Shown here: positions 20,901 through 30,800 of the stretch, piece after piece
Layout: every line of letters starts with the position of its first letter
Position numbering within the stretch: the stretch's first letter is position 1
Assembly: GCA_032718475.1 (NCBI GenBank)
Contig: JAUCBJ010003424.1
Span: forward strand, 1 to 64,000
DNA from: Nemertoderma westbladi
Lineage: Eukaryota; Animalia; Xenacoelomorpha
Direction of reading: 5' to 3'
Length of the DNA: 64,000 bases
Made by a program: the position numbers and the translations under genes
The notes under the pieces: model-generated
Databases searched by the model: none
What the model saw: the letters and a program-made list of their open reading frames with translations, nothing else
What the model was told of the DNA's origin: nothing

Positions 20901-22545
20901 TGACCTGGATAAATTGTTCTATGGGTTCTGCACTACCTAAGTCTGTACTAGTTAGCTGTCTTTTAACAGCTGGGGGCAAATCAGGCAATTTGCGACGGTA
21001 ATATGTTTTTCTACGCCTACTTAGATGAGATCTATTTCCTCCGCCTTCAGGATCGGTAGTATCGCCTTCCTCCGAGGATGTGTATCCCTGGCGCTTGGGA
21101 GTAGATTTTCTCATCATCTGCATTTGATTAGCAGTAAACTGTTTATTTATACTGTCTTGTGTCTCTTGCAGATTTTCCAACTCCAGTTGGGTAGTCTGTT
21201 CAGAGGCTCTCCGTTCTGCTTCGGCCACTGCCCTTTCCGCCTTTGCTTCTGCCGCCGCTGCCTTTCTTTTTGCTTCTGCTTCTACCGCTGCTGCCCTTCC
21301 TGCTATTCTTTCTGCTTCTACTTCTGCCGCCACTGCCTTTCTTTCTGCTTCTGCTTCTGCCGTAGCCGCCGCCTTTTGTTCCTCTATCCTTCTTTTCTTT
21401 ATTTGTTCTTCTCGGACTCTAGTGAGGCGGAGTTTTTCATCACATTCAGCTTGGTTTGCAGCTAACATTTCGGCATCGATTGAGTCCAACACAAGCTTGG
21501 TTCCTTCACTATTAGGGGAAAGTCCAGACAGCCGTCTCCTCAACTCTTCGTCTCCTAGGAATCGCTGATAGTCGGACAAATAAATGTCGATAGCGTCTCT
21601 AGTTCGCGGTTCCTCGGCGGCCTCTTCGCTTTTCGCTTGAGAAAGGGTGACATCAGTTGGTTCTTCATAGGTTGATCTCTCAGCCAGCTGGGATTTCCAC
21701 TGGGCCGTTTCCTGTACTTTGAGATCTACCCGATGTAGCCAAGTCTTGACAGCAACCTGCAGCGACGTGTCCTGTCTTCTTTTGGAAGTTTCCTCAAAGG
21801 CTGAGAGGATTGGTCGTATGCGTAGGGTTCTTTCGCGTATTTGATATAGCAGTTCTTCCTGCTCTTGAGGTCCGTGAGGTTGTCGAAACAGTTGTTCTTC
21901 CAATCGATCCAAGGATCCGAAGAATCCCTGCACATATCCTGCTGCCGACCTCTTCCAAACAGCTGGATCCATTGTATCTTTAGCCACTCCCATCCTGTGT
22001 ATATCTTCCCAAGTAGCCTCGGACAGATCCAACGGAAGTCCGAGTCCGGGAAAGTTCCATTGTGATTCAACAATAGATATCAATTCTTCCCTGGCGTATC
22101 CCGCGTAATTATCTTGGGTCGCTCGCTTATTCTTCGCCCAGTCGGCTTGATGTTCCTCCACCGCAATGAATATAGTAGTTAGCACTGCAGCAGGAAGAGT
22201 AAGAAGGGGGTCCGAGTAGACTGTATCAGCCATCTGCACTCCATGTTCGGGAGTCAACTCTACAGTATCCGAACTGCTGGAGCTATCGGGTCGCTGGGAA
22301 GTAGGTTCTTGACCAAGATGTTGCTGCGATAGGACAACTGCCTCTTGGTCCCGTTTTACCTGTGCCCGAGTGCCTATGATGGACCTATGGTGGACTAGCC
22401 TAGGGTCTGATACTACTGGAGGGATGACCTTTTTTACAGTAGGAGGTGAGCCGAACTCCTTTCTTATTCGCTCCACACTCCTATCTGAATCACAAATAGT
22501 TGTATCGATCAGACTGTCTGACAGGTTTTGCTGAGTGTCAGACAT
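17929..22545 (-). CDS. gag: BEL/Pao Gag-protease polyprotein (1538 aa) with in-frame loss of RT, RNase H and integrase core
   Basis: Gag core KFNGDEMKWLPF...EKLRFLIKCLEG. Knuckles CALCDGPHRLSAC, CYNCLRSGHQRRTC and CAKCGAKHHILLH. Protease ALLDSGS...ILIG...TRVGW. It then runs directly into WRHCLGTINPADIASRG and RPASRLCLLE. No YVDD, DAS or D,D35E motifs. Confidence 0.93.
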   Translation of the reverse strand: MSDTQQNLSDSLIDTTICDSDRSVERIRKEFGSPPTVKKVIPPVVSDPRLVHHRSIIGTRAQVKRDQEAVVLSQQHLGQEPTSQRPDSSSSSDTVELTPEHGVQMADTVYSDPLLTLPAAVLTTIFIAVEEHQADWAKNKRATQDNYAGYAREELISIVESQWNFPGLGLPLDLSEATWEDIHRMGVAKDTMDPAVWKRSAAGYVQGFFGSLDRLEEQLFRQPHGPQEQEELLYQIRERTLRIRPILSAFEETSKRRQDTSLQVAVKTWLHRVDLKVQETAQWKSQLAERSTYEEPTDVTLSQAKSEEAAEEPRTRDAIDIYLSDYQRFLGDEELRRRLSGLSPNSEGTKLVLDSIDAEMLAANQAECDEKLRLTRVREEQIKKRRIEEQKAAATAEAEAERKAVAAEVEAERIAGRAAAVEAEAKRKAAAAEAKAERAVAEAERRASEQTTQLELENLQETQDSINKQFTANQMQMMRKSTPKRQGYTSSEEGDTTDPEGGGNRSHLSRRRKTYYRRKLPDLPPAVKRQLTSTDLGSAEPIEQFIQVKRLPTIVDEPEIIRPVVPKVTSVLETPTLPELNSKFPLHSTTLPVPGGTVHANIPVQIAEREINNLSPVVPRQPATMLATPASAVEWVEEGRRGMNLLLGQMQETVHQLKGTVREGRAELQEVQQSIALERDKLVNIQRGIPIPPVTLCQPVRSEVLHAQGVEPTRIYTASEVETPIANPIKGDYRPVINDIPYRPDNDPRNLYTDNSILNNTMAQESFTRQMARTEARQAVKVGEIVKFNGDEMKWLPFNEYYKDSIQNSVLSNGEKLRFLIKCLEGPPKLMALKFIGHPDGLRQVWDTLNIRYGNKDNIAKYLYAKLVAPRHFLSSGIIVSDEIQEICRQLDWLGKSHEYQSSMVIGAIVSTLPKGGVCTRWDKKVLYMNEQQRRSPTMADLMSFLDSEVKLQLIRQAREKTSENKVSEKPDSRRRIIPVCYTDDGESQASQEEDSGKDTAKSYYDNKTYKDVSKYKSRTSDRREQVTTTPPTSPKRIHGRKPEERTRVHNVNQVKVSNIKPKCALCDGPHRLSACAEFLKKSPVDRRTVLWNKRLCYNCLRSGHQRRTCYSDAKCAKCGAKHHILLHSEFERDNPSQVSEPELHVQFSDVNDTDQGSEWEGFYTDEFSDANESCYLINTTVYRALTDEKDTDEFTPTPFDKQPSWKVPTSNIGIREFPVVQVRVHGPNKSYIVNALLDSGSTGTFIDQELAEDIFAGQPKFRTKLNMSGIMQVWKSTLTADYYVGVLSTPQDKLGTQGIRSVKMVAIKNFATTQAEPYNWDEDECIQHLEIPRFQTDYPGVQILIGQNAHEALEPLEKRPAQPQPLQTYAVRTRVGWYFTGPSRRTLKERFPQQQVYQVKGEVESSDVDDPTEGTPYSSDNDDINSNVDQWRHCLGTINPADIASRGATPQELIDTPGWLGGSDFLSKEEEEWPPHLTTAESRQAKGAEKLTQPLNRPASRLCLLERDRKLSGNYGRQDTLPTATSLIRQISRDSIT

Positions 22546-22629
22546 GTTTAGTTATACAGTTGAATGTCTACTACTATAGTTTCAGTTAAAGCAAGTCTAG
22601 TAATTCAGTATGACCGCAAGCCTAGCGAT

Positions 22630-22930
22630 TTATTACCGGTACTGTTACTCAGTGTAACGTGATATATATACAATATATTAGAATACCGGTATGCTTATAA
22701 TATATATAAGTATTATTACAGACTAGATTTGTCACAGAGTACCGGTATATAATTTTAGCACAAATATATATATATATATAGTAGGCCTATAGTGAATACC
22801 GGTATACAGCTTACACTTATAGTATATAAGTATAATTATGAACTAGAATTAATTACAGAGTACCGGTATGATTTCAGCTCAAATTTATAGAAATAAATAT
22901 AATAAGCCTATAGTAAGCACCGGTATGTCA
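22630..22930. repeat. Diverged ~60/120-bp tandem repeat anchored on ACCGGTA in the 5' leader of element A
   Basis: (T)ACCGGTA recurs about every 50-65 bp (~22635, 22685, 22740, 22797, 22861, 22919). Alternate units resemble each other. Confidence 0.65.
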
Positions 22931-23889
22931 ATTATTTTTAGAATAATTGAATTCCTGAATATTTTAGGGTTACTTAGTTACTTTAACTTACTTTATTACC
23001 GTTGTTTAAGTAGTAGTCCAACTGGTAGTGAGACCTAGTTGTTGTATGACAGGCCTACTATTTATAAATCGTTTGATTTGATTTATAATATTTATATACC
23101 CGTTTATATGGGTTTTTGTCAATATTTGAAATAAATGTTATTATTTCTGGGGGAGACACTACACAGAAGCTGAACGCCTCTCAGTGAAGTGCTATTTATT
23201 TGACACTAAAACTGATAATTCTAATTTACCTAAGTTACTTAATACTACAAATTACTTACGATACGGGTGAGATTAATTCTCTAATTAAACACAACAAAAT
23301 ATTACGTGCGAAATTTTTAGGGTAATTTTACAGGAAACTACAAACCAGCCTAACAAAGGGTTAGAATTTCTGGTTATTACAAAGGACAGGGTACTACGGT
23401 ATTTGAAATAATAAGTAGTAAATATATTGTACTGTCCAGATAGGAAAATACCACCGCCTGACGACCTATAACCGTATCGCTATAGGTACTACGTTATGTA
23501 TCACGGATTGTTCCTACCCAGAAGCTAATAGAGCTAACGAATGTGCCTATCAACCACTTTACAACACAAATATACTGCCCACACACTAATTACTTCGGAC
23601 AGCACTGTACACTAAACCCTAAATTAGGTACAAGTACCGGTATAACAAATAATCAGTAGTTAAATATACTTGAACAGTTAAAAGAACCACGGCATCTGCT
23701 GGAGTGACCGAAGCACAAAATCTCCAGTCTTTACCTACGCCGAGCAGCCCTGATGTAGTACCGGGGTTAGTTTAACTATAACGGTATGTATAACAAGCAC
23801 AATTACTGTAGGAATAAACTTGGGGACATGAATGTTGCGAATAATCGCATAAACTCTGAATAATAAATATTACGCTACCCGTACAGAAT

Positions 23890-24445
23890 ACTCAAACAAA
23901 ATACAAACCAAACGCTGGCAAACTACTATCAAGCCTAAACAAACTACAGTATGTGCAGATTCTGAAACAGTTAGTTAGTATGCGTTCTAACACGGTAGTA
24001 CGACTTATTCTTTAAGAGGGGATTGACCTTACCGCATATGGCTGCCCCAACTTACTAACGGCACTTTATCAGACCAACTCTACACACGCAGCAATCCCTT
24101 CAGACCTAAAAATAGCTAGACAACAATCCAGCCTACAAATATTTGAGTAATAACTATTACGGTATCTGAACAGACCACACAAACAAACACAGGCCAAAAC
24201 ACTGGCAGACTACGATCAAGCCTAAATAAACTACAGTATATGCAGACTCTGAAACTGTTAGTTAGTATGCGTTCTAACACGGTAGTACGACTTATTCTTT
24301 AAGAGGGGATTGACCTTACCGCATATGGCTGCCCCAACTTACTAACGGCACTTTATCAGACAAACTCTACACACGCCGTAATCTCTCCAAACTCAACACA
24401 GTCAGACAGCAGTTCAGCCTACAATTATTTGAACAATCTGAGCAG
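23890..24445. repeat. 287-bp tandem duplication in the 5' leader of element A
   Basis: GTTAGTTAGTATGCGTTCTAACACGG...GGCACTTTATCAGA is identical at ~23970-24073 and ~24257-24360 (offset 287). The flanks are more diverged. Confidence 0.85.
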
Positions 24446-24906
24446 ACTTACACGTCTTCAGCTCAATATTAACTTACTAGGAAATAAAACCGACAGAAAT
24501 AAGTAGAATCTCAATAAAAATTCAGGGCTGCAGTCCCTGATTAAGTACTAAGACCTACCGGTATACAATAATCAAATCGAATAATACTAAATGTACTTGT
24601 ACAGCAGTACCGGTACCGGTGATGACAGTTAGGCCTACTGACCTACAAAAGTACCGGTTCAGTTTTACCAGTCACTACGGTATTTTGCAACCCTATTGCC
24701 TACTGCAATAAGATTATAAACTGTTACTGTTCGCGCTTTTGAAGACCTTTAGCAGTTTAACCTGCCAAAATTTATATGTCTTTTAGTTAATTAAAACACC
24801 TTTAGCATACGACGATATTTTATGCTAATACACAAAACATTAGCCGAAGTCAGCCCATGCGCGATCATTCACCCGATGGATCTACACCCGGGAGGCTGAA
24901 TTCGGA

Positions 24907-25923
24907 TGCTTAAATTTTATTATTGCAGTGTAAGGTTGCAATGTAAACTTACTGTATTATTCGATAGATCGTTAATAATTAATCTCTGACAGATATTATT
25001 GGCTTTCGGGAAATATTAACAGTTCCTTTAGGACGTGGCGCTTTATCTATTTAAACAGAACTAAGACTTATACTAAAACGCAACGATACCGCTTATGATT
25101 AAAGTATAAAGCGTATTCTTTAGGAAATACTTTGTTACCAATCACAATCATACACACTATTCTGCCGACCGTCAGTATATTTGATCACACATAAAGAGAG
25201 CAGTAATTGACTCATGTAGTGTCTGCTAAATAACATTAGATTCAATACACACCACATTGATATAAATCGCAATTGTTATGTATAGCCGGTCTCTCTAACC
25301 TGTAGTGTATCAAGAAAATTGGGAAATTTGGGTGATTTATCCGTATTATCCAGAGAGCAATATTTCCATCAACAAATAGGTACAATTAATAACTGACAGT
25401 AAATAACAGTACAAACAATATGATTAATAGTGAGTTAAGATTGATTAGTTAAGTAAGGTTAGTTAATGAGATTCGATTCGGTAACAGTTTATACTTTCGA
25501 TAATTTAAGCAGTTTTACTAGAGTTCTTCCCAAAAGCCGGTGTTATGGCGAAAATGGGAACACAACAACAGAATCATATAAAATCATATGACTACTACCA
25601 CTATACGAGTATACCAAAAACTCTTATTCCCCGAAGCTCCCGTCCAACACAGAGGATGAGCAGTGAGATAGGAAATTCAGTTCAGTAGCGCTGGGATAGG
25701 TCGAAATTAACGCCCACTCAAATTCTATTGGCCGATACGGACAGCAAGGCTAAAGCAACCTCTCTAAGCTAGTTGGCCGATTAAACTGAGCCCAGATATC
25801 TCCGTACAGCACATCAGCCAATAAGCTGGTAGCTTGCACTATTTTAGTTATAAATCCCTTTGAGAGTATTCTAGCGACTGGGGGGAACTGGCCAGCAAAG
25901 GCAAACGTATCAGTTATCCCACA
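24907..25923 (-). repeat. 5' LTR of element A
   Basis: Direct repeat of 12717-13733. Confidence 0.92.
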
Positions 25924-26779
25924 AAAGCTTTTACAGATAGCATATTTGAATTCCCCGTATGGATATTGACTGTATAGAATGTACCTTAACCAACTAAAGT
26001 TAAAAATAAAAATTATTCGATTATAACTACTTTACAAATTCTGGCCCTTTTTGGCCCCTATTGCCGACATATTTTTTGTACCCCCATTCGATAGGAACGT
26101 AGCCCCAATGGTCTTCTACGAGTTTCATAAAAGAATTAGTGGATTCCTACCCGCGTTGTCGAATTAAACATTTCGGAAATAAGTTTTCCAAAAAGGACGG
26201 ACAAAAACGTACAAATTTAGAGCCCCTTTTTCCACCCGAAATTTTAATAAATATCTTACCCCCATTCGATACGAAGGTAGTACCACTCTTCCCCTTTCCA
26301 ACCGCGTTACTTTCGTCCCCGTACGATTAATATTAGCCGAGTTATAGCGGATCCCGCAGAGTCATTTTGTCCGTTTTTTCAACTTTGACGGACATTTTTG
26401 GAAAAAAGGCGTGGTAATCTTTTTTGAAAAAAAAAATGAATTCACTAATTAATCCCTTCTATCGTATCCCGGCGTCGGCTAAGCAATAACCTAGGGTTTT
26501 TTCGAGCCACTGTAGAGCGCCTTTCAAAAACATTTTAAAATTGTCGAAAAAATGACGGATTTAATAATGTTAGAGTTGCTAATATCTTAGAATTCCGAGG
26601 TGCTCCCCTGGTGAGAAAATAAAAAAATTTGGTCAGTTCCTTCATCGAAAAGTCCCCCAGAATCCCAAGTTAACCTATATAGTTAGCGATGGCCTGCGGC
26701 TTTAGGAGCGGCCGCGGTATTCACCTCCCTCATAGCGGCCGCGGCGGTGTTGCGTCAAATGGAGAAATATTTATCCCAC

Positions 26780-27215
26780 CAAGACAGAATTCATGACTTT
26801 TAATGTTGATGGAAACTTGACAACCATTGATAATAATCAACTAAGGAAGGTCGATGACTTCCAGTACCTTGGATCATGGATAGAGAGAAGCAAAAAGGAC
26901 ATAGAAGTTAGGAAAGAAAACGCTTGGGTAGCTCTATCAAAAATGGATACCATCTGGAAATCAGATCTCTCCAGGCACCTGGAGACTAAGTTCTTTCGAG
27001 CCACAGTGGAAAGTGCATTTTTATACGGGGGTGAGACCTGGACACTGACTAAATCACTTGAACAACGAATTGATGGTTGATACACAAGACTATTAAGGGC
27101 AGCCCTAAACATCAGCTGGAGACAACACATGACAAACGCCGAGATTTATGGTACAATTCCACCTGTATCAACCACCCTCCGTGAACGCAGATTAAGATTC
27201 AGTGGGCACTGCAAA
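26780..27215 (+). mobile_element. RTE-clade LINE fragment (second family), with an in-frame stop
   Basis: KVDDFQYLGSWI, AWVALSKMDTIWKS, FLYGGETWTLT, then RRLRFSGHC. TGA at 27078-27080. Confidence 0.88.
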
Positions 27216-27848
27216 TCTCTATTTACTAATATCTCTATTCTACTCTATTCTCTATTTACCAAATTTCTATTTGCGCTTTCATTCTTTAGAAAGAAGCTTT
27301 TGAAAAAATAGTGTCTTAAACACTATTTTTTCGGAAATATCACCACGTGTTACATCGTTGTTATTACTCTACTCTTACGGTTACAATCCTGAACTGCCCA
27401 ATCACATTGTATCACATCCCAACCAATGATATTATTGGTTTGGCATTGGAAATAAAGTAATCTATGAATATAGATGAGTTTTTTGTTTGTATACTTATAT
27501 TTATTTCATACTGTAAGGTTTTATTTCGGTGTCAGATGTTCAAGTAATTTAAATGTATTTTTTTTCTAAAATAGTTTATATTTACATAACCTTGAATAAT
27601 TATTTTACATCACTCAACATTGGCAAATTTAAAATATATATATAAGATTAAGTGAGTAGAATTTGTTAAGAAAATATAAGGTTTACATAGTTCTACTTAA
27701 TCTACGCTAGCTAATACTTTAATATATGAAAAAACATGAATTGAAACTATTTGAATTCAAAATCAAAATATATTTGATCCTAAAAATTTATTACAGTAGA
27801 AAAAGATTTAGAGAAGAACGAAATCAACATTCCATATCCAGTTAAATG

Positions 27849-30800
27849 GACACAATCCTCTACATGGAGACTATCAAATCAAATAAATCGACATATTCTC
27901 ACTAGGACTACCTCGACACAATCCTCTACATGGAGACTATCAAATCAAAGAAATCGACATAGGACTAGGACTACCTCGACACAATCCTCTACATGGAGAC
28001 TATCAAATCAAATAAATCGACATATTCTCACTAGGACTACCTCGACACAATCCTCTACATGGAGACTATCAAATCAAATAAATCGACATATTCTCACTAG
28101 GACTACCTCGACACAATCCTCTACATGGAGACTATCAAATCAAAGAAATCGACATAGGACTAGGACTACCTCGACACAATCCTCTACATGGAGACTATCA
28201 AATCAAATAAATCGACATATTCTCACTAGGACTACCTCGACACAATCCTCTACATGGAGACTATCAAATCAAATAAATCGACATATTCTCACTAGGACTA
28301 CCTCGACACAATCCTCTACATGGAGACTATCAAATCAAATAAATCGACATATTCTCACTAGGACTACCTCGACACAATCCTCTACATGGAGACTATCAAA
28401 TCAAATAAATCGACATATTCTCACTAGGACTACCTCGATACAATCCTCTACATGGAGACTATCAAATCAAATAAATCGACATATTCTCACTAGGACTACC
28501 TCGACACAATCCTCTACATGGAGACTATCAAATCAAATAAATCGACATATTCTCACTAGGACTACCTCGACACAATCCTCTACATGGATACCATCAAATC
28601 AAATAAATCGACATATTCTCACTAGGACTACCTCGACACAATCCTCTACATGGAGACTATCAAATCAAATAAATCGACATATTCTCACTAGGACTACCTC
28701 GACACAATCCTCTACATGGATACCATCAAATCAAATAAATCGACATATTCTCACTAGGACTACCTCGACACAATCCTCTACATGGAGACTATCAAATCAA
28801 ATAAATCGACATATTCTCACTAGGACTACCTCGATACAATCCTCTACATGGAGACTATCAAATCAAATAAATCGACATATTCTCACTAGGACTACCTCGA
28901 TACAATCCTCTACATGGAGACTATCAAATCAAATAAATCGACATATTCTCACTAGGACTACCTCGACACAATCCTCTACATGGAGACTATCAAATCAAAT
29001 AAATCGACATATTCTCACTAGGACTACCTCGATACAATCCTCTACATAGAGACTATCAAATCAAAGAAATCGACATATTCTCACTAGGACTACCTCGACA
29101 CAATCCTCTACATGGAGACTATCAAATCAAATAAATCGACATATTCTCACTAGGACTACCTCGACACAATCTACATGGAGACTATCAAATCAAATAAATC
29201 GACATATTCTCCCTAGGACTACCTCGACACAATCCTCTACATGGAGACTATCAAATCAAATAAATCGACATATTCTCACTAGGACTACCTCGACACAATC
29301 CTCTACATAGAGACTATCAAATCAAAGAAATCGACATATTCTCCCTAGGACTACCTCGACACAATCCTCTACATGGAGACTATCAAATCAAAGAAATCGA
29401 CATATTCTCACTAGGAAAAACTCGACACAATCCTCTACATGAGACTATCAAATCAAAGAAATCGACATATTCTCACTAGGACTACCTCGACACAATCCTC
29501 TACATGGAGACTATCAAATCAAAGAAATCGACATATTCTCACTAGGACTACCTCGACACAATCCTCTACATGGAGACTATCAAATCAAATAAATCGACAT
29601 ATTCTCACTAGGACTACCTCGATACAATCCTCTACATGAGACTATCAAATCAAATAAACCGACATATTCTCACTAGGACTACCTCGACACAATCCTCTAC
29701 ATGGAGACTATCAAATCAAATAAATCGACATATTCTCACTAGGACTACCTCGACACAATCCTCTACATGGAGACTATCAAATCAAATAAATCGACATATT
29801 CTCACTAGGACTACCTCGACACAATCCTCTACATAGAGACTATCAAATCAAATAAATCGACATATTCTCACTAGGACTACCTCGACACAATCCTCTACAT
29901 GAGACTATCAAATCAAATTAATCGACATATTCTCACTAGGACTACCTCGACACAATCCTCTACATGAGACTATCAAATAAAATAAATCGACATATTCTCA
30001 CTAGGACTACCTCGACACAATCCTCCACATGGAGTCTATCAAATAAAATAAATCGACATATTCTCACTAGGACTACCTCGACACAATCCTCTACATAGAG
30101 ACTATCAAATCAAATAAATCGACATATTCTCCCTAGGACTACCTCGACACAATCCTCTACATGGAGACTATCAAATAAAATAAATCGACATATTCTCACT
30201 AGGACTACCTCGACACAATCCTCTACATGGAGACTATCAAATCAAATAAATCGACATATTCTCACTAGGACTACCTCGATACAATCCTCTACATGAGACT
30301 ATCAAATAAAATAAATCGACATATTCTCACTAGGACTACCTCGACACAATCCTCTACATGGAGACTATCAAATCAAATAAATCGACATATTCTCACTAGG
30401 ACTACCTCGACACAATCCTCTACATGGAGACTATCAAATCAAATAAATCGACATATTCTCACTAGGACTACCTCGACACAATCCTCTACATGGAGACTAT
30501 CAAATCAAATAAATCGACATATTCTCACTAGGACTACCTCGACACAATCCTCTACATGGAGACTATCAAATAAAATAAATCGACATATTCTCACTAGGAC
30601 TACCTCGACACAATCCTCTACATGGAGACTATCAAATCAAATAAATCGACATATTCTCACTAGGACTACCTCGACACAATCCTCTACATGGAGACTATCA
30701 AATCAAATAAATCGACATATTCTCACTAGGACTACCTCGATACAATCCTCTACATGGAGACTATCAAATCAAATAAATCGACATATTCTCACTAGGACTA

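Larger units (their letters stand above)
12717..25923 (-). mobile_element. Full-length but non-autonomous BEL/Pao LTR retrotransposon (element A) with accessory ORFs
   Basis: Two 1017-bp direct repeats with TG..CA ends at a constant offset of 12190. Internal gag-protease ORF with the BEL triple zinc knuckle. Two further ORFs on the same strand downstream. Confidence 0.93.

Noticed and set aside
24870-24912. 7SL/Alu-like sequence (CGGGAGGCTGA) as a primer-binding site
   Set aside because: Only ~11 nt match from memory and it is internal to 7SL. This is too short to distinguish from chance without a search.
12717-25926. DIRS/Ngaro (tyrosine-recombinase) element, suggested by TTT-extended ends and the lack of a TSD
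   Set aside because: Gag, protease and residual Pol motifs are BEL/Pao type, the related element B has a DDE integrase, and no recombinase ORF or split/inverted repeat layout is seen.
25950-26770. Possible DNA-transposon fragment with repeated TACCCCCATTCGATA (~26079, ~26257) and twin GCGGCCGCGG sites
   Set aside because: It looks repeat-derived, but I could not define TIRs, a TSD or coding remnants, so no family call was made.
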